Assembly: GCA_963682135.1 (NCBI GenBank) | Contig: OY821645.1 | Coordinates: 96,001-160,000, forward strand | DNA: 64,000 bases | From: Methanothrix sp. | Lineage (GTDB): Archaea; Halobacteriota; Methanosarcinia; Methanotrichales; Methanotrichaceae | Reading direction: 5' to 3' | In this document: one piece after another, positions 1 to 8,606 of the stretch | Position numbering within the stretch: the first letter of the stretch is position 1 | Layout: the number at the start of each line of letters is the position of its first letter | The notes under the pieces: model-generated | Databases searched by the model: none | Seen by the model: the letters and a program-made list of their open reading frames with translations, nothing else | What the model was told of the DNA's origin: nothing | Program-made: the position numbers and the translations under genes

Positions 1-93
1 TCACCGTATTTTCCTCTTTTAACTACGCCAACCAGCATGAATCATTGGATGAATGCTGGTGTTAATAGAGATTTGGCTGGGAAATCAAAAGAT

Positions 94-204
94 GGTCATG
101 TACTTGAGTTACAGAAAAGGTATCTTGAATCCCATCAGCTCCTTGATAGTCCATACATGATCAGTCATTCCTTCTGCCATTGCAGGTGTTCTTTGCTGCC
201 ACAC
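94..204 (-). mobile_element. IS1-family transposase 3' end remnant with probable terminal inverted repeat
   Basis: Minus-strand 204..109 reads [31 protein letters not shown], matching the RTPAMAxGxTDHVW C-terminal motif of archaeal IS1-type transposases. It is followed directly by a GGTCATGTACTTGAG end (94-108). The rest of the gene is missing. Confidence 0.7.
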
Positions 205-395
205 ACTGTGCCCGAACGCGCCCGCCCGGGGGCCCGCGAGCAGCTTTACGCAGTCTCATCGACACCTGGCTACCCTAATTTATGCGCAAGATTTTATAAT
301 CATTAATCAGTAACCTTAATAATATTAACGTTCACTATTAGCTTTCAGCGTGCTGAAAGCTAAGAATTTAGAGCCCGCATGCAAGAGGTAAGAAT

Positions 396-1283
396 ATGAA
401 ATCCAATAGAATAGCTGTCGGTATTATCATGATTGCCATGCTTGTCTCCCTTCTATCAATTTCATTGGTAGAAGGAAAAGATTTGACTCAATCGGATTAT
501 GAGGAGTACATTTTGAATTTTATCGGGGCAGCCTCTTATCAGTTGCCTGAACCGCCTTCTACTCTGTCGTCCCTTATCATGAGTTCCCCGAACCTCACGA
601 TGGGTGCTCTAAGAAATTGGGCATACAATAATATGCTGTCAACGACGCGTAACCTTTTGGATGCAGATCAGAGCGGCAACAAGGAGCAAATAGACTACTA
701 CAATAATCAGCTGGACCGCTGGCAAGCTGTGTATTCCTGCCTCAATGGAGATTGCGGGCATATGCAACAATTGGAGGCAGGTTCGGGGGCAGAACAGGCA
801 GGAACAGTACAGGCCACAACTGTCGCAACACCTGCCACAGGAAGACTTGCCGCCAATGGAACCAGTTATCAGAAAGGGGCGCTCCTCATTGGGCCCGTAT
901 CTCTTACAGCCGAATGGACCGATCCCCAAGATATCTTATTTCTTGATCAGGGCCGGCCTTATATCATTGTGGGAGAGGGGACATGCAGCCTCTGGGACAA
1001 CCCACCTGAACCGGATGGCGTGGATTCCTGCTTCGTTTATGCCAAATGGCGAATTGGAGATGTACCGCAAGTATGGGGTCAACTGGAATTGGTCGATCCT
1101 TCGGCTCACCTGAGCGATCTCATCGAGAGGAATACCGGAAAGCCGGCAGAATACAATCCATCCCATATCTATGAGGCAGTTGTCTTTGGAGAAGGAAAGA
1201 TGCTCAAAGCCCGTGTCTTCGATGGCGGAGGCTACAGCGATAATCACGGAGAATTGAGAATCAGTGTCTACCAGGCAATCTAA
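396..1283 (+). CDS. Secreted hypothetical protein
   Basis: 295 aa ORF with GAGG RBS and N-terminal signal peptide (MKSNR + hydrophobic stretch + VEG). A helical N-terminal part, a Thr/Ala linker and a beta-rich C-terminal part follow. Confidence 0.75.
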   Translation: MKSNRIAVGIIMIAMLVSLLSISLVEGKDLTQSDYEEYILNFIGAASYQLPEPPSTLSSLIMSSPNLTMGALRNWAYNNMLSTTRNLLDADQSGNKEQIDYYNNQLDRWQAVYSCLNGDCGHMQQLEAGSGAEQAGTVQATTVATPATGRLAANGTSYQKGALLIGPVSLTAEWTDPQDILFLDQGRPYIIVGEGTCSLWDNPPEPDGVDSCFVYAKWRIGDVPQVWGQLELVDPSAHLSDLIERNTGKPAEYNPSHIYEAVVFGEGKMLKARVFDGGGYSDNHGELRISVYQAI

Positions 1284-1842
1284 TGCTACAAATGGATTGG
1301 GATAGATGGATTGAGATGAGATATAATTTCAATTGCGCACGGCAGGCATACTGTACGCGCCCTGTAATCCATCGTCACTTATTTTTGGGCCACCGCGCAC
1401 TGTTCTCACGTCCTCAGCCTGAAATGGCACACCCTGCCGCCCCGATCTCTTGGGATCAAGAGGTGCTGAAACGATAATCGCAATCGTCTATATCTATTAT
1501 AAGTTATACGGCTGGTTGGCGATCCGCGGCAAACACTGTTTTTATCTTCCCTCCTTTACCCGGATCGCCATCCCTCATTTTATCTCTCGATCCTTTCATT
1601 AGTTCAAATATCCCAGCCCTTCGACTTGGTGGGGAGCTAGCCTAAGTCCGCCTCAATAACATTCATCATACCTTCTTTTGCATTCTGCCAAGTCGTCAAA
1701 GCGCGAGCCGCTCTGTCGGTCGTAGCGTCGCCTCGTCTTTTTCATGTGCTTCCCTCCATGAGTTGATGTTGCTTAACTCATTGTCTACTCGGAGGGGTTC
1801 ACTTCAATTCTGATGCTATAGGGTTTCGAGACATTCAGGACT

Positions 1843-4482
1843 CTATAATGAATTGGTTTTTTCGCGAAGCTGTCTTCTACCAATCCCCAAATAATCCTCA
1901 AATATGCGGTACTCCAGGTTATACAAAGCTGCCAGATCGTAACTCTCTCTGTCCACCATGCTCGGATCAGCCTTAGGATATCCCATAAAGCCTGGCCTGG
2001 CAAATAGGCCGTCCTTAAATACCTGAGATTCTGTAAATAACAGGAACTTGCCTTTGCCGTAATGCGCTTCTGCCAATACCACCCGCCCCTCAATGGCAAG
2101 AAGTGGCCTGCCTCCTTTGATGGCCAATCCCCAGGGCTTTATGGGCAATCCATCTTTCCACGCCCAAACCGTGTCCCTCAAGGAATCGTTTGCAGCAATA
2201 TCAGCAGGCTCTTGTAGATCATATGTTTGCATGCCGAAATTTTTTATTACATCCGACCAGGCCCCCTCTGAAGAAACCATGAGCAAAACGTTGTTTCCGC
2301 CTTTGATGTAATCTTGCAGTGATGCCAATTCTTCTCGTGACAATTCCGCCACTGGATCGATCACCACCATCGCTCTACCCTTGGCCATAGCATCCTGCAT
2401 CCGCTCTTCCATCGCCGGCGTCAAATTGACCCTCTGCGTCCATATGTAAAAGGTCTCATACTCTCCCTGCAAGTCTCCCCGGCTGGTAATATTTCCAGAA
2501 TGCTCCCCGTCAAATCCGACCGTATGGTTGTAATCATAGAACTGGCTGGGGATGGTGTTCTCCCCTTTTGTGGAAAATATCTGCAGCGCCCCGCCGACAG
2601 CAAGGGCTCCTATGGCCAGCACGACCAGCAGCGCTGCCATCTTCCGCTCTCCCCAGCTCTCTCTTCCCAGCAGGAATAGAGCCAGGCATGCGAAGATCAA
2701 TCCCAAGAGGAATAGGATCTGCTTTTCATTCTCATAGGAATTCTTGCGATTGAGGTACTCCATAGCCCCGATGACAAAATTGCAGGAGCCACCGAAGAAT
2801 ATCCTAAAATTGGATATGATGGTGGAATCGGCAAATGCCACAACTCTTCCTTTTCCATATTTCACTGCCACCGCCTGATTTAGGAGACCCCAAGCTGTGT
2901 CCGTGACTTGCGTGGGATCGTTCTCCCTTGTCTCTCTGAAAAATCCCACCGAGGCAAACTCGCCGGGATCGGCACGAAGGCCTGAGCCCACGATCACAGG
3001 CTCGCTCCAGAGAGGTGCCTCAAGGCTGCAGCCGGTCATGAAATCCAGATTGGGCATATACTTGATGACCGGATGCAGAAAGTTTTCTCGCTGGAAGTAA
3101 AATAGTCTTCCCTTGATGGTATTGACGGCATCAAACCCGAATTCTATTCCGAATTTCCCGGATAGTTGGTTCAGATTAGTGCCGATGCCGGCGAAGTTGG
3201 TATGATCGCCGATCAGGAAGAGTCCGCCTCCGTTCTCCACAAAACGCACTATAGCGTTAATTTCGGATGGTTGATAAGCGGAAGGAGTCTTTATTATTAA
3301 TATATCATAATTCGTTAGAATCTCATCAGTTATACGATCTGATATAATATCGGGGACGACTTTCGTTGCGCCTGTTACATTCCATTCCTCAAAAGACGGG
3401 CTTACGATACGGTCCACCTGATAGGTATCATTGAGCCATTCGATCATGCTGTAGGAATTGTAGGTGGAATTTTCCCCATACCAATTCCGGTCAAGCTTGA
3501 GTGTGGAGAACTCCCAGATGGAATGGATCTCATCCACCAAAACCCGTCCCTCCTTCTCTGTACCAGTATCCAGAAAGAGTGCTGAGGAGGTCAAACAGAA
3601 AACGCTTAGAATTGCCACCGTGAGAGCCATGGCCTTCTTTCTGTCCACCTGCATCTGGAAATCAAGCTTGAGTACTTCGGGAATTTTCAAACGGAGGAAC
3701 AGCAGCACCAGTGGCACAAAACTCAATATCAGCCACCAGGAGTCTGTGAAGATATCATTCCTCACACCAGCTGCTTCAGGTAAATCTCTGTAAAAAAATA
3801 TATGTACAAGAATGACATACCTCAGCAAGGAGTAGAGAATGCTGACGATAATGGTCAGAAGAGCACGTTTTAAGAAAGAAAAAATATTTTGCGATATTAT
3901 GAATAATATTAATAATGAACCAACGTATATCAAGATCCATGGATAGAAGCCAAGCTTTTCGAAGGTTACCGTAAAGGGGAACACCTTCTCTTGGGCAAGG
4001 ATAAAGACCACACCCCCATTTGCTGCTGCATCAATGCCCGTCAGGTCAAGGATGTATGCTATGCCGGAGGCCAGAGCCCCAGCAAAGTGATAATTTGCAG
4101 CCAGGATATAGTAGATGGAAAGGGCCAGAGACTGCAAGATAAGGACTGTCCCGGAAAATATGGCAGCCAGCCAGATCATAACCAATCTGGGAGCGACCAG
4201 AGCGACCGCAAGACCAACGATACAGATGATCAGGCCTGCATTATAAGGATAAGGGATCGCCCAGCTGGAGAGAAGCAGGGGGGGTAAAATGGCGCCGTAT
4301 TTCTGATCAATAGATGCATCAGTCCTCCAAAAGGATATGACGGAAATTGCTATCCCCAGCAGAAGGGATGATATGCCCAGAATAGAGCTGGTTGTCTGGC
4401 CGTAAATATCAACAGAGAACAACCAGAATGCAGCTAATGGTATCACTGCCAACCATAATAATTGCTTCATGCTTTGCATCAT
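1843..4482 (-). CDS. Large polytopic membrane protein: degenerate exosortase/archaeosortase-like TM region plus two DUF4350/GATase-like (GldG/IFT52-type) domains
   Basis: About 10 N-terminal TM segments. Soluble-domain motifs YDILIIKTP..E..AIVRFVENGGGLFLIGDH and YGKGRVVAFADS; a second copy LQDYIKGGNNVLL..YGKGKFLLF follows a 2-TM linker. Start moved from 4542 to ATG 4482 to remove the overlap with the upstream gene. Confidence 0.75.
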   Translation of the reverse strand: MMQSMKQLLWLAVIPLAAFWLFSVDIYGQTTSSILGISSLLLGIAISVISFWRTDASIDQKYGAILPPLLLSSWAIPYPYNAGLIICIVGLAVALVAPRLVMIWLAAIFSGTVLILQSLALSIYYILAANYHFAGALASGIAYILDLTGIDAAANGGVVFILAQEKVFPFTVTFEKLGFYPWILIYVGSLLILFIISQNIFSFLKRALLTIIVSILYSLLRYVILVHIFFYRDLPEAAGVRNDIFTDSWWLILSFVPLVLLFLRLKIPEVLKLDFQMQVDRKKAMALTVAILSVFCLTSSALFLDTGTEKEGRVLVDEIHSIWEFSTLKLDRNWYGENSTYNSYSMIEWLNDTYQVDRIVSPSFEEWNVTGATKVVPDIISDRITDEILTNYDILIIKTPSAYQPSEINAIVRFVENGGGLFLIGDHTNFAGIGTNLNQLSGKFGIEFGFDAVNTIKGRLFYFQRENFLHPVIKYMPNLDFMTGCSLEAPLWSEPVIVGSGLRADPGEFASVGFFRETRENDPTQVTDTAWGLLNQAVAVKYGKGRVVAFADSTIISNFRIFFGGSCNFVIGAMEYLNRKNSYENEKQILFLLGLIFACLALFLLGRESWGERKMAALLVVLAIGALAVGGALQIFSTKGENTIPSQFYDYNHTVGFDGEHSGNITSRGDLQGEYETFYIWTQRVNLTPAMEERMQDAMAKGRAMVVIDPVAELSREELASLQDYIKGGNNVLLMVSSEGAWSDVIKNFGMQTYDLQEPADIAANDSLRDTVWAWKDGLPIKPWGLAIKGGRPLLAIEGRVVLAEAHYGKGKFLLFTESQVFKDGLFARPGFMGYPKADPSMVDRESYDLAALYNLEYRIFEDYLGIGRRQLREKTNSL

Positions 4483-4496
4483 GTCATCCCAAATTT

Positions 4497-7019
4497 TTAC
4501 ATAGTTAGAATCTTCTGCAATAGCTCGATATTTCCCAACCACTGGAGCTGATACTGCTCCCGGTTTTCTTTTCCTACTCCTTGCGACAGATGTTCCAGAT
4601 TTTCATTGAGAAGGAACCTTGAGTCTCCGATGAGGATCACATTCCCCTGGCCTACATTTTTCTGAATAATCAGATTATAGGCGACGCCATTGTAGCGCAT
4701 CCATGCAATCGGCTTATACTCACCATCCGCCTGGACCGGATAGGCCTCCATGAACTTGGGTTTATGCCAGTACCGTTTCAGATTTTCCTGGGATACGATT
4801 GCCTGTCCTCCGGTAGCGTGGGTTTCTTCAATCCAGGGAAACGAGCCCAGAGGAAGGTCTCCAATCCCAAGGCCAAAAGACTTCAATATCAAGTCCATGG
4901 GACCGGCGCTTTTATGACCGGCGCACAGGATCAGCAAACCACCAGCCTCTACGAATTCTTTGATTTCCAGGGCATCTTTTGCAGTATAGTCTTCATTGGG
5001 AGCAATTATGATCGCAACCGACCCTTTGTGGATATCGGAAATGCTATTGTCTTTCTGCAAAATCTGAGGCAAAAAACCATTTCGAAAGAGATTCAAGGTC
5101 AATCCTGCCACGCCGTCATCTCGGTAGTTCTCCAGATTGAACTGGTTTAGATGAGTGTAATCTATCCAGGCCACGTCCACCAGAGGCTCTTCTGCAGCTT
5201 TCATCAAAGAATTATTGATGCTTGCGGCAAGTCCCAGTGAGAGGGCCGCTGCCAAAGCGAGATATATCAGGAATCGCAGAGAAATTTTAATTCTATATAT
5301 ATAAGCTGCAAGGGCAAAAAGAAGGAAAATGGATGCATAGTATTGATAGGCAGCATAATCTGATTCGCGGCTTGTCAACCAGGATGCGGAATTGTAGACC
5401 AGGTTATATCTAAACGGCAATTCATTATTGAATATATAAGATGTGTCCCCAAATACCAGCACCTTTCCCTTGCCATAGGTATCGCATGCTGCAATGACCA
5501 GGTCGCCTAGGACTTCGCCTGGTTCATAAATCCTGTCTCCGAGGTGTCCTGGCGTACTCTGATTGGATTTGTCCGAAAAAGCGAACCGTCCTATGATCAG
5601 GGGCCTGGCCTTGCCGCTAAGACTTAGAGATGCGCCTACGGATGATGTGGTCAGATCAAAATCCAAATCTCTGGTGACCGGATGGGGAAGGGCTGTGGCA
5701 GCGTACTGCCAGTGTTCCGGGATATAGTCCGCGGTGTCGGAATTGATTCTAATTCCGGTTGGGTCAAGCACATCATTCAGATAATCTCTTCCGGATGCAA
5801 AATCTTGATCCGGGACAAACATAGATGTATGCTCGGCAAAGACCAGAAGGCTCCCGCCATTTTTCACAAATTCTCTAATTCTCTGCAGATCGGTGGATGA
5901 GAATCCCTTTTTGAGGTTGAGCAGTATTAGAATATTGGCATCTTTTAGGGCGTCTTTCAATTCACGAGAATTTGTCGAGTTCAGGCTCTCTACCACTCCG
6001 CCCATATTCTCCAAATATCGCTTTATAGCTCCCACGGAAAAACCATCGTTCGGTGCAAAGGATTGATTTGCCTCTGGAAAGTTTGGAATATCAAATCCCA
6101 TCTCACTGTCCTTTTCATAAATCACTGCCCTGCCTATCCCCTCAGAATTAGAATAGGGAACTGTCGCTATTAGTAATATGGCAAAGAAGAGTGCTATTAA
6201 GATGGCCCCCTGCCCTGGCGATGGGACCCAGTTTCCAGGGTCAAGTGATTTGATCTTCATCTTTGATACAAAAATCAAGAATGGTATCATTAGCACAAAA
6301 AATATGAGAAATATGTGGTCAATATATTTATCCGCGCTGGACCAAATCCCAAGAACGGTCAGGAAATAGACCGCATAGAGCATTGCAAACCCCATCATGA
6401 CCGCAATTAATGCCTTGATCGGATGGGATGATCTCTTTTCGGATAATATAAAAAAGGAGACGACGCAGCAGAGAAACGTCAGAAAAATAAATGTGCCGCT
6501 GATAGTAGGACCGAGAGAGAGGGGGATGCCCTCAAGTCTGCCAAAAAAAGCAGATGCGGTTAATGATAATGATGTGAAGAATCTCCCGAAGAATGAATCA
6601 TTAATATTATATATATACAAGATTGAGTAAAATAGACTGCCCAATGCCAGAGCGGATATATATGGCTCATCTTCTCCTGCCGATCTCAAGAGCAGATCAA
6701 ATCCACAGATGAATATAATTAAGCTTAATATCCAGAATTCCGGTTTATCTATGCTTACCAGAGCTGCAAATGATAATAATATCAGAGATACGCCGGCAAC
6801 AGAAATAGAATTGATCTGTAGCTTTGTTAATGAGCTAATGTATGCTATCAGTAGTACGACCAGGCACAATATTCCGCAGACCCGCAGAAATATTGGCGAA
6901 GCGTACCCCATGTTGAGAGAAAAAAGGTTCAGGGAAAGCATAATTAATATAATTGAGGCCAATCTTTTGATAACGATAATTGCCTCCGTTGATGGACCTA
7001 TCATGAAATAGTCAAGCAC
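4497..7019 (-). CDS. Large polytopic membrane protein with two DUF4350/GATase-like domains, same architecture as 1843..4482
   Basis: About 9 N-terminal TM segments, then IREFVKNGGSLLVFAEH..YGKGKVLVFGD, 2 TMs, and IKEFVEAGGLLIL..VGQGNVILIGDSRFL. True start may be ATG 7004. Confidence 0.75.
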   Translation of the reverse strand: MLDYFMIGPSTEAIIVIKRLASIILIMLSLNLFSLNMGYASPIFLRVCGILCLVVLLIAYISSLTKLQINSISVAGVSLILLSFAALVSIDKPEFWILSLIIFICGFDLLLRSAGEDEPYISALALGSLFYSILYIYNINDSFFGRFFTSLSLTASAFFGRLEGIPLSLGPTISGTFIFLTFLCCVVSFFILSEKRSSHPIKALIAVMMGFAMLYAVYFLTVLGIWSSADKYIDHIFLIFFVLMIPFLIFVSKMKIKSLDPGNWVPSPGQGAILIALFFAILLIATVPYSNSEGIGRAVIYEKDSEMGFDIPNFPEANQSFAPNDGFSVGAIKRYLENMGGVVESLNSTNSRELKDALKDANILILLNLKKGFSSTDLQRIREFVKNGGSLLVFAEHTSMFVPDQDFASGRDYLNDVLDPTGIRINSDTADYIPEHWQYAATALPHPVTRDLDFDLTTSSVGASLSLSGKARPLIIGRFAFSDKSNQSTPGHLGDRIYEPGEVLGDLVIAACDTYGKGKVLVFGDTSYIFNNELPFRYNLVYNSASWLTSRESDYAAYQYYASIFLLFALAAYIYRIKISLRFLIYLALAAALSLGLAASINNSLMKAAEEPLVDVAWIDYTHLNQFNLENYRDDGVAGLTLNLFRNGFLPQILQKDNSISDIHKGSVAIIIAPNEDYTAKDALEIKEFVEAGGLLILCAGHKSAGPMDLILKSFGLGIGDLPLGSFPWIEETHATGGQAIVSQENLKRYWHKPKFMEAYPVQADGEYKPIAWMRYNGVAYNLIIQKNVGQGNVILIGDSRFLLNENLEHLSQGVGKENREQYQLQWLGNIELLQKILTM

Positions 7020-7049
7020 TCCTCAAGGCGATCTATTACCGTTCGTGTG

Positions 7050-7140
7050 TTCTTTAAGGTATTATATTTTTTTTTGTTATCTTCTTTGTAGATATAAGTC
7101 TTCCGCCTTTTATCAATTCCGAAAGGTACTTATATGGAAC
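7050..7140. promoter_or_regulatory. Divergent archaeal promoter region (BRE/TATA-like boxes on both strands)
   Basis: Plus strand CCGAAAGGTACTTATAT (7119-7135); minus strand AAAAAATATAATA (~7072-7060). Lies within the 207-bp gap between divergent genes. Confidence 0.4.
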
Positions 7141-7226
7141 AGTGCAAAAAGATGTAAAGGTTCATTGAGCGCTTCAATTGTATTTGCATCCGTTGGGCTG
7201 GAGTCATATCTGCGGGAGGGTTAGGA

Positions 7227-8504
7227 ATGATACGGGAACGATTGTCGTTGGTCATAGTCTTTTCTTTATTATCAATATGTATCGCTACAGCTTCGTCGGA
7301 GGCGGGATCTGATGCTAATTCAATTTCAGCAAGCAACACGCCTCTATTTGATTACAGATACAATCAGGTTGCAGAAGATTTAGGACTCTTGAAAAACGGC
7401 GCTTCCGAAAGCAAACTTGAATATGGGAGCATTGAGACTGCAAGCTTAACCCCTCTGGATATCCCTCAGAAAAAAGGCTGTAGACTCCAAATCAAGCAAG
7501 CTGACCTCACAATGGGTGTCTGCCAGTGGGAGACCGAGCAGACCTGCTTTGATAGCTGCGGCAGCACCTGTTCTGGTACCTGCGGCGGAACTTGCGGTAA
7601 CACATGTGGTGACACTTGTAGTGGTACCTGTTTGCTCAGCTGCCGGACTTGCATTCTCTCGTGCGGTGCAGACACCTGCGGCAGCACCTGCCAGGATAGC
7701 TGCGGTGGTTGCGGTCAAACATTGAGTTACACATGTGGGGATACTTGCGGGAATACCTGCAGAGACACTTGCATACGCACCTGTAGCAACACCTGTGCAA
7801 ATACATGTGGGCAAACGTGTCGCGGCACTTGTGCACGCACTTGCAGCAACACCTGTGCAAACACTTGTGGTCAAACTTGTGCCAATACATGTGGACAAAC
7901 CTGTCACAACACTTGCTTTGCCACCTGTCAGATGACCTGTGCCCGAACATGTCTGGCGACATGCTCGGCTACTTGCGCAGCTACTTGCCTGGCCACCTGC
8001 CAGCCGACATGTTCCGCTACTTGCGGCCCATATTGCGCAGGATCTCAAGCGGCTGCTCCTCTCAGTTCAAACGCTCCCCCGATGGCAAAGTCATCAACCA
8101 AGGCCCCTTTAATGGCGGAACAAAATTCGCTCAGGTCCTACAATGTTGTGGCAAATCCGCCGACATCGGTCAGTTATTTGGGAGCATATATTCCCTGGAC
8201 AGTCTTCCAGCAAAGCTTCTCTGGAAAAGAGATCTACGCCTGGGTTGAGACTGAGGGTGGCTGGGATATAGTCGCAAAGACACCAAAAGGCACATGGGTG
8301 CGCGAGTTCGTTTTCGTTCCGTCAAATGGAAATATGATCTTAAATGAAATCGCACCTGATGGAAATACTCGCAGCCAGAAATTCGAACAGGTAGTAGAGG
8401 GATACAAATATATCTGGATCTATGCGGGAAATCCGGGATATTACGTAAGCACTTTCGGAAATATTGACCAAAAAGGCAACAATGTGACCCTCGAAGTTTA
8501 CTGA
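7227..8504 (+). CDS. Secreted Cys-Xaa3 (TCxx)n repeat protein with C-terminal beta-rich domain
   Basis: 425 aa: signal peptide, ~60 aa acidic region, a block with 43 Cys mostly at 4-residue spacing and mostly preceded by Thr/Ser, an Ala/Pro/Ser linker, and a ~120 aa aromatic beta-rich domain. Confidence 0.85.
   Translation: MIRERLSLVIVFSLLSICIATASSEAGSDANSISASNTPLFDYRYNQVAEDLGLLKNGASESKLEYGSIETASLTPLDIPQKKGCRLQIKQADLTMGVCQWETEQTCFDSCGSTCSGTCGGTCGNTCGDTCSGTCLLSCRTCILSCGADTCGSTCQDSCGGCGQTLSYTCGDTCGNTCRDTCIRTCSNTCANTCGQTCRGTCARTCSNTCANTCGQTCANTCGQTCHNTCFATCQMTCARTCLATCSATCAATCLATCQPTCSATCGPYCAGSQAAAPLSSNAPPMAKSSTKAPLMAEQNSLRSYNVVANPPTSVSYLGAYIPWTVFQQSFSGKEIYAWVETEGGWDIVAKTPKGTWVREFVFVPSNGNMILNEIAPDGNTRSQKFEQVVEGYKYIWIYAGNPGYYVSTFGNIDQKGNNVTLEVY
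7542..8036 (+). repeat. Coding tandem repeat, 12-bp period (ACN TGY NNN NNN), with a 60-bp higher-order duplication
   Basis: About 40 TCxx units. RTCSNTCANTCGQTC occurs at 7776 and again at 7836, exactly 60 bp apart, with synonymous differences. Confidence 0.9.
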
Positions 8505-8606
8505 AAAAAGCAATCAGGGTGTCCCAATGAGACATTAAGTGCGAAACCGCGCTCAAGGGATGCTCCCCTATTTCTTTGCTCCAATTAAAAGCTTTGGCAG
8601 TACTCC

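Noticed and set aside
7542-8036. Multiheme cytochrome or polyferredoxin interpretation of the Cys block
   Set aside because: There is no CxxCH motif (only one CxxxCH) and no CxxCxxCxxxCP; the spacing is nearly all Cx3C.
7446-8248. Several overlapping alternative-frame and antisense ORFs (e.g. 7446..8048 minus, 7805..8248 plus)
   Set aside because: They are expected shadows of a stop-poor 12-bp coding repeat.
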